DNA of 64,000 nucleotides from a virus, in the IMG/VR virus record IMGVR_UViG_3300045988_135203, positions 49,699-113,698 of that record. The stretch is one strand, 5' to 3'. The position numbers were made by a program, and so were the translations under genes. Positions 38,845-49,857 of the stretch are shown here, one piece after another. Numbering within the stretch: the first letter of the stretch is position 1; each line of letters starts with the position of its first letter. The notes beneath the pieces are model-generated. The model was not told the origin of the DNA. It did not search any database and was given only the letters and a program-made list of their open reading frames with translations.

Positions 38845-41800
38845 ATGAATCCAAGTTTTAGACCTATACGTGGTACAGAAGAAAAACTTCTAAGTACACC
38901 ATATCAAGAAGGTTATATATATTTCGCTGTTGACACCGGTAATATCTACATGGATGCCAACGGTCAAGCTAAAATACCGCTTGGAGGCAGAGGAGCCGCA
39001 GTACTATATTCTAAAGTTAAAGGCGCTCAAAATGCTGGTGATGATAATTATACTCTTTATCAGGATGGTTTAGAAGACCCAAATCAAACTGTTAGAGAAG
39101 GCGATTTAATTATTAATACTGCTGATGGAGCTTTCTATAAAGTTCTTGAACTTAATCCGGCAGAAGAAGCAATTATTTGTGCGAGAATTGCTGTAAGTGG
39201 CTCTGGTGGTGGTGGCGGAACCGGTGGAGACTCTGGTCCGACGATTCGAAGAGGTCGTTTAACAGTAACTAATGATGGTGAATCAGATATTCTTAATGGT
39301 TCGCCTTGTACTTTTACTATTACAACAACTTCTGCTACAGAAACTATTGAAGGACAAGCTAAACCTATTGATGATGAATTACAATTAGCTATTAAATTTA
39401 TGCTAACTGAATCAAATCAAGTTTTTTATACAGAAACTTTAACTGTTGAGCATGGTCAGACTTTCACTTATAATGTAGGTGAACATTTAAGAAGTTCTTC
39501 AGACATTACTATTGACTTTAAATTATCAGGTAGTTTAACAAACTCCTTTTATAATAGTGGACAATTACAAAGACGAATCAAAACCCATGATTTAAACATT
39601 GAATGGGTAGCTAGTCAGTTTAGTAATATGAAATACTTTACTGATTCTATTAATACATCAATTCGTTTTTCTACTGGTGCTAGACGTATTCTTGATGTTT
39701 ATTTTGATGATGCATTAATTTATACAAAAATTTATTCAGCAGAAGCATCAGATGCAAATGCTTCCCCTATTATTACTAAAAATTCTACTATATACAATTT
39801 AAATGGAACCTCTACAGGCAATACTCTTAGTGCAGCTTATTCTCATGGTAGACATACTATTAGTGCTAGATTAAGTTTAGCTAAAGCTGATGGTAGTCGT
39901 GGTAGTAGCACTAATTTAATCAAAAAAGAGGTAGCTCTTTACCTTGATGAAGGATATCCTCTTATTTGGTTTGGTGATATGGAATCTATTTATTATGAAT
40001 ATGATACTCCATTAGTACCAATTCGTGTATATGATCCACACGCTGGAGCAGCTGGCGCAGAAGTATATTTATATATTGATGGTTCAGATGCTTTAGATGG
40101 TTCTTGTTATACAATTTCTAATGATGCTTCTAATTATTTATATTGGACTCTTACAAAACTTGCGGCAGGTCAAACAACCGTTTATCAAGTTCGTGTAGGA
40201 GAAGATAAATATGAAACTTGGGAAACTGTTCCAGAATTTGAAGTATTAGAAGACCCAAGAAAAATGGATATTGCTAGAAGTTCTTTAATTGTTGATTTCG
40301 ACTCAAGAGGACGTTCTAATTCGGAAGTTGCTCAAAGACGTTCTCAATTAAAGATTGGTGATTCTTATGCTACTTTATCAGGATTTAACTGGTATAATAA
40401 TGGTTGGGTTATGGATAGTAATAATGTAACCTGTTTAAGAATCAGCAATGGCGCAAGTGTATCATTACCAATAGGTTCTATGTCATTTGCGGGAAATATA
40501 GCTTCTCATACCATTGAAATGAGATTGAAAATTCGTAATGTTCAATCTTATGATAAACTTATTACTAATTATACTCGTTATCAAGTAATTAGTGACCCAG
40601 ATAAGTTATCTAGTCCTGATATTGATAGAAGCTGGACTGATGATACTGTTTTTGCAGAATTCTTAGCTCAAAAAGCTACAGGGCTTGCAAGTTATGACGC
40701 TTATCTGACAAAGAGATTACCAGAATTAAGAGAGCAAAATCCAACAATTCCTACTTATGAAGATTTGGAATTTAGTCGTTTACATCGTACATATGACCTT
40801 GCTTCTGCAATGGTTAAATATATCGAAAATGAATCTAGCCCTCAGACTGAAGCTGCAATTTGTCTTGGACCGCAAGATGGTTACTTTTCTAATGGAACAA
40901 ATGCTGTAACAGTAGATTATGTAGAAGATAAGGTTATTAACTTAACTATCGTTTATGATAATGGTACTGGTACAAGTAATTTAGGAAATAATAAATTAAT
41001 GAAATTCTATCTGAATGGTATGTTAACTAGCGTTGCTCGTTCTCAATCCGCAGGTAGTTGGTCAATTGGAGCAAACAATCTTATTATCAGTTCTGGTGGA
41101 TGTGATGTTGACCTTTATAAATTTAGAGTTTATAATCGTGCATTAGGACTTAATGAAGTTCTTAAAAATATTGCATATGATGATACAGATACAACAGCTT
41201 GGGATTTAGCTGAACTTTATGTAGCTAATGAATCTATTGGTGAGGATTACCAATTTTCTTATAATAAGATGATTGAGTATAATAAGAACCATCCAGATGG
41301 TTATATTATGCCTTATATTATCTTTACTACTGATGATACAGATAACTCTACTGGTGGTAAGTTGCCTTGGAGAAAAGATACTCCTGTAACTGCGGGAATT
41401 GAATTTGTTAATACTGGACTTGAAAGAGCTTATGATAACGGTGATTTGGCCGCAGAAGCAAAAGCCGCAGGAGTAGAAATTGAAGATTACTATTTACATC
41501 ATTGTCCTTCTTGGATTGCTGAAGGCGCAAAATTAAGTGTTCAGGGTACTTCTTCTGAGTTTTATCCACGTCGTAATTATAAAGGTAAGACAAAAGTTGA
41601 TGTGCCACATGTAGATGAAAATGGTGGTACTTCTACTGATGAGTTCGGTGATGTAAGAACAGATACTGTTTATACTATGAAATGCCATAAAGGACCTTTC
41701 AAGAAGAAATATGATGCTGGTGAAGCAAAACCTCAAAAATTCTTCTATTATGATAATAATACAGTAGGTACTAATAAATTTACTTTAAAAGTAGATTATA

Positions 41801-44800
41801 TGGAATCTTCTGGTACTTATAATATGGGTCTTGCGAATTTAGTTAATACAGCTTATTCACATCATCCATTAAGAGATTATAATAGTGCAGAAGCTTTTGT
41901 TACTGGAACTGCAGGAAAAGAAACTCTTATTTCAGCATATCCTGCTAATGGATTATGTTGGTACAGAAATCATAAAGGTAATTGGAAATGTGCATCAACT
42001 GGCGATGCTAGTAAAGATGAACAATTAATTACTACTCCTTATGGCGATGTATTGGGAGATATCTCTTGTAAGAATGCCGCAGATTTTGCTAAAGGACCAT
42101 GGCAATTAGCTAAAGAGCAAGGACAAACTAAAGTTCTTGGTGGAACTAAGAAAACTTTACCAGATTCATTAGATGATATTGATATTATTACCAATAACAT
42201 TAATCAAAACAGTGAAAATGGTACTTATGACGACCTTAAAGGTTATATTAATAAATGGTATTCATATGTTCCAGGTACATTATCTCCTATAACTGTAGGT
42301 AATTTAAGTGATTATAGAACTTCTGTTCAAGGATTCCCTACTTTAGCATTCTGGCAAACAAAAACTGGAAAAGAAAATAAACAAGAACCATTATTTATTG
42401 GACGTTATAATATGCTACTTGATAAAGGTTCTGCTGAAGCATATGGATTTAAACTTGGTGGAAGTTATAAACAAGCTTTTATTGAAGGCAATCCATCAGT
42501 AGCTGATGTCGCTGAATGTTGGGAATTTGAAAACAACTCTCGTGGTTATTGTTCATTTAGAGACCCGTGGAGTCGTAAGGAACTTTCCTTTAAAGCTCCA
42601 GTAGGAGAAAGTAATGAATTTACTGCAAAAGGCGCACCTATTATTGCCGACTATTTTGAATATAGATATAATGCTAATGATGATTATATTGACATGCTTT
42701 ATAGTATGAATGCTTCTTTTGAAAATACTAATACTATAAAGAAATTACAAAAACAGTTTGGTGCAGACCAAATTACTGATATTGCTTCTGGTCGTAAAAA
42801 ATTACTTGATTTATATAGTAATTGGGAAAAAGCAGTAGCATGGGTATGGTCAACTGCAACAGATGCTGTAATTGATGGAAAAACTATTCCTACTCTTGGT
42901 TCTTATAATAAAATTGAATTAGCAGAATATATTTTTGCCCCAAATAAATTTTATATTGAAGATGAACAAGGTGGATATAAATTTGCTACTGAATATAAAA
43001 CTGGTATTTCTTATTACTTAATTAATAATGATAAACAATACTATGGTGTTACAGTAACAAATGAAGCTAATAAAGTATATGTAGCTAATAAATATTATAC
43101 CTTAGAGAATGATAGTTATGTTCTTGCTGAAGGAGCATATGATTCTAGTGAAGTATACTATGAATTAGTACAAGATACAAGTAAAATTGATGAGTTCTGG
43201 AAGCTTCCAGCGCCAGTAACTTATGGAACAACAACTTATGAATATGATACACAAGAATATCGTTTAGCTAAATTCAAAAATGAGATTGAAGACCATTTTA
43301 ATCTTGAATATTTAGTAACATATTTCGTAATTACTGAAGTTCTTGAATGTTATGATTCTCGTGGAAAGAATGCAATGTTTGCTTCTTGGGGTCCTCAAAA
43401 GGCTAAAGGAGATTATATCTGGTATCCAATTTTCTACGATATGGATACACAGTTAGGTATTAACAATACTGGTATTCCTTCTTTTGAATATAACATTGAT
43501 GCTACTGAAGATGGAACATTCTCTACTAATGATAGTGTTCTGTGGAACAACTTATATGCACTATTTAAAAACTTGATTACAGATAAATATGAGCAATTAA
43601 CAGGTGTTCCTAGTGATTACTTTGGTGGAAAACTTGAAAATCCTCCATTCGTTAATGTAGAAACTATTCAAAGTTGGTATACATGTGACCCTAAATATAT
43701 TAAGAGTTATTCTGTAAAAGGAATTAGACCTTTACTTGCTCTTAACCTTGATGAGCAATATAAATACATTTCTATTACTAATGGTAAAGTTGGTTATCAA
43801 TATCAAAATGGTGAAATAACCCAAGATACAAGCAACACTTATTTCTATGCTTTACAAGGTGATAGAAAATTATCCAATAATCAATTCTTAACAAACCGTT
43901 TGAATTATATTGATTCATGGTTGGCTGTAGGAAACTACAAACGTGGCGGCGCAAATAGAATTCGTTCTCGTGTATCTGCGAACAACGCTCAGAATACATC
44001 AGATAAATGGATTGAGGGTACTTCTACTAATGGTGCTAGTGGTCTTATCATTAATACACCTTACTATAAAGAAGACGGAAAAACTAAAACTCATTTATTC
44101 GATGGTGAATATTGGATTACAATGACACCTGTTCGTAATATGTATGTAACTGTTGGTACTGATGCGGCAAACTTCCCATCTCTGAAATATTCTGGTACTC
44201 CTGTACGTTTTGAGACTTCAGACTTGGAAAAAGGTGTACGTGAAAGTGGTAACTATCGTGAGCAGTTATATTATATTTATGGACTTGACCAAATGAAATC
44301 ACTTGGAGATTTAAGTAGACTATATTTCCAAGAGTTTGAACTTTCTGGTAAAGCTTCTAAGATGGTAGATTTACTTCTTGGATATGATGGAACTGATGAA
44401 GAAGGAAGTCAATATAAAAATAGTGGTGTAAATGATTGGACAATTCCAGCTGCTGCAGGTACTATTACTGGTGGTATGCCATTATTAAGAGAGGTTAATT
44501 TAAGTAATATTACTTTCAAAAACCAAACTCCTACATTTGATTTTTCAAGTTGTGAAAAACTTGAAAATTTCCGTGATATTGGTTCAAACATCACTCAAGT
44601 TACTTTTGCTGATGGTGTTGCTTTAAATACTTTGTATTTATCTGATTCTACAGTAAATTTAAAACTTGTTGAAGCTAGATTACTTACTGACTTAGTAACT
44701 GATGAAAAAGCCCCAATTACTAGAAAGAAAGATAATACACTTACAGCTAAACCTGGTTTGTTTATTGATGGTTTAACAAATAATAAGCAACAAACTAAAC

Positions 44801-46725
44801 TCATTACTTTTGATATTCAAGGTGGTAATTTAGGTTATAATAGCTATAAATTATTAAAGCTTTATATTGATGCTGCAAGTCATACAGATGCAAATGCAAC
44901 TCGTAATATTAATCTTACTGATGTTCAGTGGAGTCCATATGTTAAAGTTACTGATTCAGATTTAGGATTTAGTAATACTGCTAAATATTTTAAAGATGAT
45001 GGACACTTTGGATTAGTAGCATTTACTAGAGATAATTATAATGAAGTAGGTTTCTCTGGTTGGTCTCAATTAATCAAAAATGAAATGATTTATGAATATA
45101 CACCAACTGCAATAAATGGTATTACATTAGATGAAGCTAATGGTGTAACAAATATTACAGATACAGCTCTTCTTGAAGAACTTGTAAGTAATGTTCATTA
45201 CCTTAGTACTGCAGAATCTAATAATGAAGTTCCAAATATTACAGGTTATGTATATATTAATAATGAAACTGCTATTGATGAAGGAACAATTCAAACTAAG
45301 TTGGCAAGTAAATTCCCTGGTTTAACTTTCTTCTTTAATAAAGTTGATAAAGGATATGCAGCTAGATTTGTTATTCTTGAAAATGGTGTAGAAACATTAA
45401 TTGGAACCGATAAGATTAGTAAACAAAACTTTAATACTTTCTTTACTAATCCATTAGAAAGAACAGAAACTGCATTTAGCCCAAGTAGAATTAATGCTTT
45501 AAGACCTACTAAAGACTTCTTAGGTTGGGGTACAACTAATAATAGAGGCGGTTTAATTGAAACATATGATGAAGTTGCTACTGGTCTTGGACTATCCGCA
45601 ACTCATTTATGGAAAGACCAAAAATTAGAAAAAGATAAATATGATTATACTTTTTATGCAGTGTTTGAAGATCATTATTGGAATATTTCTTTCTATATAG
45701 TTGAAGCTGATGGAAGTTATACTCCAATCACAAAAGATACCTACTCTTCTTCTGGCGGAGAAGATGTAGTAACTAAAGTTCCAGTCTCTTATAAAGCAGT
45801 TCATGGTAGTATTTTACATGACCCTGGGGTTAATGTAGCCCGCAGTGATGAAGTTAATTTGGCTAAAGATCAACGTTATAGATTCATTGGCTTTACAAGA
45901 AAAGTAAATGGTAAAAATGTTTATTCTGCGGAAAATGCAGTCAATGTAGTAGATTTTTCTAAAATAGCTGCAACTGCAAATACAAGTTTTTATGCAGCAT
46001 TTGTAGAAGAAAGTGTTTATGATAAAACTACTGATGATAAATATTTTGATTACGTAAATATCCAAATGGATGGAGCTTCTGGATATAGGCTTGAACTTAA
46101 ATCTAAATATTGTAACTCTGGATTCGGAGGTAAGATTACCTTACCAGTAGAATATAATGAAAAACCTATTCTTCAGATTAGTGGATTTGGTGGCGAAACT
46201 AACCATACAAATATTACTCACGTATTCTTTAAAGGAACACCAAAAGTTAAATCTATTGCGGCAGATTGTTTCCGAAATTGCGATAGATTAAAATATTTCC
46301 AATATCCAGATACTATAACTGAATTAGAGGCATATTGTTTCCAACTTACAAAATCACTTGAAGCTTTTAGACTTAATAAAGGTTTAAAAATTATTGGTGA
46401 TAGTGCTTTAAACCAAGCATTTGAGGAATCATCAGATCCTTACGAACTATATATTCCAGGTACAGTTAGTCAACTTGACCAATATGGTGTTTCTTACTTA
46501 TTTAGTAATATTACATCTATTACTATTGGTGGTCCTGGAGATGGAACTAATCTGAGAACTCTTAGTCCTAACGCTTTATCTCAGAATCATAAAGCAAGTA
46601 GTATGACTGTTTACTCTAACGGTCCACTTGAATCTTCATTTAAGACATTATTGGAAGCAACTTCTACAGATTCTCAAGTAGGATTTATTAAACCTAATGT
46701 AACTATTAACTATGTAAATGCATGA
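38845..46725 (+). CDS. giant receptor-binding/tail protein (2627 aa) containing a LamG-like (concanavalin-like) domain and BspA-type leucine-rich repeats
   Basis: The track start 38782 would place the first 21 codons inside the terminator hairpin. ATG 38845 has AAAGGAGA 6 nt upstream. LamG signature ...GGCDVDLYKFRVYNRALGLNEVLKNI at ~40440-41190. BspA/LRR_5-like repeats (VKSIAADCFRNCDRLKYFQYPDTITELEAYCFQLTKSLEAFRLNKGLKIIGDSALNQAF) at ~46220-46425. Gly-rich linker SGSGGGGGTGGDSG near the N-terminus. Confidence 0.7.
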   Translation: MNPSFRPIRGTEEKLLSTPYQEGYIYFAVDTGNIYMDANGQAKIPLGGRGAAVLYSKVKGAQNAGDDNYTLYQDGLEDPNQTVREGDLIINTADGAFYKVLELNPAEEAIICARIAVSGSGGGGGTGGDSGPTIRRGRLTVTNDGESDILNGSPCTFTITTTSATETIEGQAKPIDDELQLAIKFMLTESNQVFYTETLTVEHGQTFTYNVGEHLRSSSDITIDFKLSGSLTNSFYNSGQLQRRIKTHDLNIEWVASQFSNMKYFTDSINTSIRFSTGARRILDVYFDDALIYTKIYSAEASDANASPIITKNSTIYNLNGTSTGNTLSAAYSHGRHTISARLSLAKADGSRGSSTNLIKKEVALYLDEGYPLIWFGDMESIYYEYDTPLVPIRVYDPHAGAAGAEVYLYIDGSDALDGSCYTISNDASNYLYWTLTKLAAGQTTVYQVRVGEDKYETWETVPEFEVLEDPRKMDIARSSLIVDFDSRGRSNSEVAQRRSQLKIGDSYATLSGFNWYNNGWVMDSNNVTCLRISNGASVSLPIGSMSFAGNIASHTIEMRLKIRNVQSYDKLITNYTRYQVISDPDKLSSPDIDRSWTDDTVFAEFLAQKATGLASYDAYLTKRLPELREQNPTIPTYEDLEFSRLHRTYDLASAMVKYIENESSPQTEAAICLGPQDGYFSNGTNAVTVDYVEDKVINLTIVYDNGTGTSNLGNNKLMKFYLNGMLTSVARSQSAGSWSIGANNLIISSGGCDVDLYKFRVYNRALGLNEVLKNIAYDDTDTTAWDLAELYVANESIGEDYQFSYNKMIEYNKNHPDGYIMPYIIFTTDDTDNSTGGKLPWRKDTPVTAGIEFVNTGLERAYDNGDLAAEAKAAGVEIEDYYLHHCPSWIAEGAKLSVQGTSSEFYPRRNYKGKTKVDVPHVDENGGTSTDEFGDVRTDTVYTMKCHKGPFKKKYDAGEAKPQKFFYYDNNTVGTNKFTLKVDYMESSGTYNMGLANLVNTAYSHHPLRDYNSAEAFVTGTAGKETLISAYPANGLCWYRNHKGNWKCASTGDASKDEQLITTPYGDVLGDISCKNAADFAKGPWQLAKEQGQTKVLGGTKKTLPDSLDDIDIITNNINQNSENGTYDDLKGYINKWYSYVPGTLSPITVGNLSDYRTSVQGFPTLAFWQTKTGKENKQEPLFIGRYNMLLDKGSAEAYGFKLGGSYKQAFIEGNPSVADVAECWEFENNSRGYCSFRDPWSRKELSFKAPVGESNEFTAKGAPIIADYFEYRYNANDDYIDMLYSMNASFENTNTIKKLQKQFGADQITDIASGRKKLLDLYSNWEKAVAWVWSTATDAVIDGKTIPTLGSYNKIELAEYIFAPNKFYIEDEQGGYKFATEYKTGISYYLINNDKQYYGVTVTNEANKVYVANKYYTLENDSYVLAEGAYDSSEVYYELVQDTSKIDEFWKLPAPVTYGTTTYEYDTQEYRLAKFKNEIEDHFNLEYLVTYFVITEVLECYDSRGKNAMFASWGPQKAKGDYIWYPIFYDMDTQLGINNTGIPSFEYNIDATEDGTFSTNDSVLWNNLYALFKNLITDKYEQLTGVPSDYFGGKLENPPFVNVETIQSWYTCDPKYIKSYSVKGIRPLLALNLDEQYKYISITNGKVGYQYQNGEITQDTSNTYFYALQGDRKLSNNQFLTNRLNYIDSWLAVGNYKRGGANRIRSRVSANNAQNTSDKWIEGTSTNGASGLIINTPYYKEDGKTKTHLFDGEYWITMTPVRNMYVTVGTDAANFPSLKYSGTPVRFETSDLEKGVRESGNYREQLYYIYGLDQMKSLGDLSRLYFQEFELSGKASKMVDLLLGYDGTDEEGSQYKNSGVNDWTIPAAAGTITGGMPLLREVNLSNITFKNQTPTFDFSSCEKLENFRDIGSNITQVTFADGVALNTLYLSDSTVNLKLVEARLLTDLVTDEKAPITRKKDNTLTAKPGLFIDGLTNNKQQTKLITFDIQGGNLGYNSYKLLKLYIDAASHTDANATRNINLTDVQWSPYVKVTDSDLGFSNTAKYFKDDGHFGLVAFTRDNYNEVGFSGWSQLIKNEMIYEYTPTAINGITLDEANGVTNITDTALLEELVSNVHYLSTAESNNEVPNITGYVYINNETAIDEGTIQTKLASKFPGLTFFFNKVDKGYAARFVILENGVETLIGTDKISKQNFNTFFTNPLERTETAFSPSRINALRPTKDFLGWGTTNNRGGLIETYDEVATGLGLSATHLWKDQKLEKDKYDYTFYAVFEDHYWNISFYIVEADGSYTPITKDTYSSSGGEDVVTKVPVSYKAVHGSILHDPGVNVARSDEVNLAKDQRYRFIGFTRKVNGKNVYSAENAVNVVDFSKIAATANTSFYAAFVEESVYDKTTDDKYFDYVNIQMDGASGYRLELKSKYCNSGFGGKITLPVEYNEKPILQISGFGGETNHTNITHVFFKGTPKVKSIAADCFRNCDRLKYFQYPDTITELEAYCFQLTKSLEAFRLNKGLKIIGDSALNQAFEESSDPYELYIPGTVSQLDQYGVSYLFSNITSITIGGPGDGTNLRTLSPNALSQNHKASSMTVYSNGPLESSFKTLLEATSTDSQVGFIKPNVTINYVNA

Positions 46726-46740
46726 TAACGGAGGCTTAAC

Positions 46741-46953
46741 ATGACAAAGGTTAAATTATATGTCTATCTGGGGACCAATGGAACCATTGAGTCTCCGGTC
46801 CATTTGGAAGATATATTTTACACTACTCGTTATCGTCTTGTAGCAGACAACGACATGGCTCTTACTAAAGATGGTAAGAACCTTGTCGGTTCTACAACTG
46901 TTCCAGAAGATGAAGTTGATGAGTGGAAAGAAGTTCCAGCTGGACAAAAATAA
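46741..46953 (+). CDS. small hypothetical protein (70 aa)
   Basis: RBS GGAGG 6 nt upstream. Lies immediately after the giant gene. No homology recognisable. Confidence 0.45.
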   Translation: MTKVKLYVYLGTNGTIESPVHLEDIFYTTRYRLVADNDMALTKDGKNLVGSTTVPEDEVDEWKEVPAGQK

Positions 46954-47018
46954 TTATAAATAATAGTTTATCTTTCAGAATATTGTGAAAGAAAATACAA
47001 GCGGTTTCTGATTGTGCT

Positions 47019-47046
47019 TTGCGCCAATCGGGAGCCGCAATAATAT
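47019..47046 (+). promoter_or_regulatory. candidate promoter (TTGCGC, 16-bp spacer, TAATAT) in an unusually GC-rich intergenic patch
   Basis: Weak -35 but a good -10. Upstream of gene 47067 and not preceded by a terminator. Confidence 0.25.
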
Positions 47047-47066
47047 AGAAAGGATTGGGCATTTAG

Positions 47067-49232
47067 ATGATTACAAAACAGACTAAAGAGTATGGTGACC
47101 TTTTTAGACAAGCATCAGAAGACCTTAAAAAGTATAATACTAGTTATCAGCTAATTTCTGACCCAAAAACTCAAGACAAAACACCAATTTTAAAAACAAA
47201 TTATGTTGTAATTGAGTTAACTGCGGATGATTATGTTCCAAAGACATATTATATTCAAAAGAGTGAAGGTGTCTATGAAATTGATAATAGCCTTACTTTT
47301 ACTCCTGGTCAGACTTATTATTATGATGCAGCTGAACAGATTACCAGTTTGGATGAGTATTTTTCATACATTGAAGATTTAAATCATATTAATCGTAAAT
47401 ATACAATTCTTCCATTAGATGAAGAGCCTTTTGTAATTGATGCTAATACAAGAACTATTACAGTTCCTAAGTCTTTTAAGACTAATGGTATTAGTGTTCA
47501 AGGTGATGAAGCTGCAGAAACTATTTATTTTAAAATTGATAGATTCTTTGATGCTACAGACCTTGATATGATGGACATTTATGTTCAGTGGCGTTCTTCT
47601 GAAGTTGATGAGGAAGGTAATCCAGTAGAAAAGGTATCCCCTATTTGGGTTAAAGATATTGAAAGTCAGCCAGGTTATATTATTTTTGGTTGGCCTATTA
47701 GTTCAAAAGCTACTGTTGCGGATGGCAAAATTCAGTTATCTGTTCGTTTTTATAAATATGATAGAGAAACAGAAAAACTTACTTATAGTTTATCTACATT
47801 AACTTGTACTGCTGAAATTAAACCTTCTCTTAATTTTGACCTTCCAGGAATTATTAAAGATGGAAAAGAAAGAATTGATGATGCAACTAATCTGATTAAT
47901 AACAGATTTGTTAACTCTACTGGAACTACGGGCGGAACACCTGCCGCAGAACCTTTATTCGTTAAAGACCTTGATGGTAAACCATTTGTTGATGAAAAAG
48001 GAAAAAATGTTAAGGAAGCATTTCTTGATAAGAGAACTGGAATCCTTAAAGACCATGTTGAGGCTGTTTCTACAGATGGTGGCGCAATTACTTATACATG
48101 GAAGAAATATAATATTGATACTAATGAAAGAATGCAAGGATTGGATTCTAATGGTCAGGATGTAATGCCTTATGAAACAGTTCATATTGAATCTACTGAT
48201 AAAGAACGTAATCCTAATAAACTTTATTACATTTCTTCTACTATTTCTGATGGTTTAACTCCTGTATATACTTTATATAAAGGTGCTATTCCTCCAGAGG
48301 ATGAAGAAACAATTATTTATGAGAAAGTTTCTCAAGGAACTATGAACTCTGTTGGTAAATATATTGTTACTTCTACAAATCGTGTTAAACAAAGTAGAAA
48401 AACTGCAGATAGTACAATGGTTTATATTAAGAAACCATCTGAAGTTGTTGTTGAGGAAAGCTTTAAAGATAGTCTTAGTGCAATTATTCCTCCGCAAGCA
48501 AAAGATTCAGATGTACCAGGAAGTGTTACTTTAAATGTTAAAGCAACTACTCAGGATACTGTTGATAAGAAACCTAATGATGTTACTTACCAGTGGTATA
48601 AAAAACCTATTACTGCAAAGCCAGATGATAAGACCGAATGGGAAAAACTTACACCTGGCGGAACTGGAAGCAGCTATATGGTAACAGGTTATGATGCTGT
48701 TGTTGGCGGAGTGCATGAAGGCGATGGTTATTATAAAGCTATTGTAACAAATACTCTTAATAAAGAAGCTACTTCTACAGAATCTAAAGTATGTCGTGTT
48801 ACTCATAAAGCTTCAGTTCCTGCTATCAAAGAAACTACTGACCTTTCTAAACCAGTAAGTTTAGCTAAGAGAATTGGTTTCTCTATTGAGGGAAGTATTC
48901 CAGCAGATGCCGGTGAAGCTGGTAGAACTGATCAAGATACTTTTGAATATCAATGGTTTATTTATAGATATAGTAATATCAATAAACTTCAAGAGGATAG
49001 AGAAAAAGCAGAGAAACAAGAATATCTATTTGATAAAGACCTTGAGATTGTTGGAGCTACTAAAGCTAAAATTAAGCTTGAAGATTATACAATTCCTGCG
49101 GCTGCAGATTCTGATACCTGGGCTGGTTTAACAATCTTCTGTCAGGTGACAAATGTTTATAATGGAACTAAAGCAGTTCGTTGTTCTAGATTCTTTGATA
49201 TCCTTCGTGATGCTGCGGCAGATGGTGAATGA
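47067..49232 (+). CDS. tail/baseplate-attached protein (721 aa) whose N-terminal domain is shared with the next ORF
   Basis: N-terminal ~230 aa are paralogous to ORF 49260-49850. Compare DANTRTITVPKSF...AAETIYFKIDRFFDATDLDMMDIYVQW with DLNTRKIDAPKYL...KAETIYFKIARYYDNIDLANMTCIVQY. Confidence 0.65.
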   Translation: MITKQTKEYGDLFRQASEDLKKYNTSYQLISDPKTQDKTPILKTNYVVIELTADDYVPKTYYIQKSEGVYEIDNSLTFTPGQTYYYDAAEQITSLDEYFSYIEDLNHINRKYTILPLDEEPFVIDANTRTITVPKSFKTNGISVQGDEAAETIYFKIDRFFDATDLDMMDIYVQWRSSEVDEEGNPVEKVSPIWVKDIESQPGYIIFGWPISSKATVADGKIQLSVRFYKYDRETEKLTYSLSTLTCTAEIKPSLNFDLPGIIKDGKERIDDATNLINNRFVNSTGTTGGTPAAEPLFVKDLDGKPFVDEKGKNVKEAFLDKRTGILKDHVEAVSTDGGAITYTWKKYNIDTNERMQGLDSNGQDVMPYETVHIESTDKERNPNKLYYISSTISDGLTPVYTLYKGAIPPEDEETIIYEKVSQGTMNSVGKYIVTSTNRVKQSRKTADSTMVYIKKPSEVVVEESFKDSLSAIIPPQAKDSDVPGSVTLNVKATTQDTVDKKPNDVTYQWYKKPITAKPDDKTEWEKLTPGGTGSSYMVTGYDAVVGGVHEGDGYYKAIVTNTLNKEATSTESKVCRVTHKASVPAIKETTDLSKPVSLAKRIGFSIEGSIPADAGEAGRTDQDTFEYQWFIYRYSNINKLQEDREKAEKQEYLFDKDLEIVGATKAKIKLEDYTIPAAADSDTWAGLTIFCQVTNVYNGTKAVRCSRFFDILRDAAADGE

Positions 49233-49259
49233 TTAATTAAGTAAAGGAGGTCATTAAAA

Positions 49260-49850
49260 GTGATTACAACTCCACAAGAATACTATGACTTACTTTACAG
49301 AATTCAGGATGAAAATAAACCAACTCTTGCGCTATTACTTCCTAGCGATGAAAAAATCTTTGAAATAGATTTGAATACGCGTAAGATTGATGCTCCTAAA
49401 TATTTAAGCGTAGAATTAGACCATAAAGCTGAAACAATTTATTTTAAAATTGCAAGATATTATGATAATATTGATTTAGCTAATATGACTTGTATAGTTC
49501 AATATATTAATGCTAAGGGTGAGGGCCGCGTTTATGCGGTCCCTTACTATGATGTTGATACTTATTCCGACGAGAATATGATGCTTTTCCCTTGGTGTAT
49601 AGATGGAGAAGCAACAAAAGCCGCAGGTGATGTATCATATTCAGTGCGTTTTTATGACATAGATGAGTCTGGTACTTATTTGCGTTATAATATTAGTACT
49701 CTTCCTTCAAAAAGTGAAGTATTACATGGTATTGCACCAAAGACTGATATAGATAATTCCAATGATTATTTAGCTAGTTTTAAAGACCAGTTATTTGCAG
49801 AAATTAAGAAAATTTCTGAATACGATTTACATTGGGAAGACCACTTTTAA
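49260..49850 (+). CDS. short paralogue (196 aa) of the N-terminal domain of the preceding gene
   Basis: GTG start with AAAGGAGG upstream. Clear protein-level similarity to residues ~30-230 of ORF 47067-49232. Followed by a strong terminator. Confidence 0.6.
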   Translation: MITTPQEYYDLLYRIQDENKPTLALLLPSDEKIFEIDLNTRKIDAPKYLSVELDHKAETIYFKIARYYDNIDLANMTCIVQYINAKGEGRVYAVPYYDVDTYSDENMMLFPWCIDGEATKAAGDVSYSVRFYDIDESGTYLRYNISTLPSKSEVLHGIAPKTDIDNSNDYLASFKDQLFAEIKKISEYDLHWEDHF

Positions 49851-49857
49851 CTCATAT

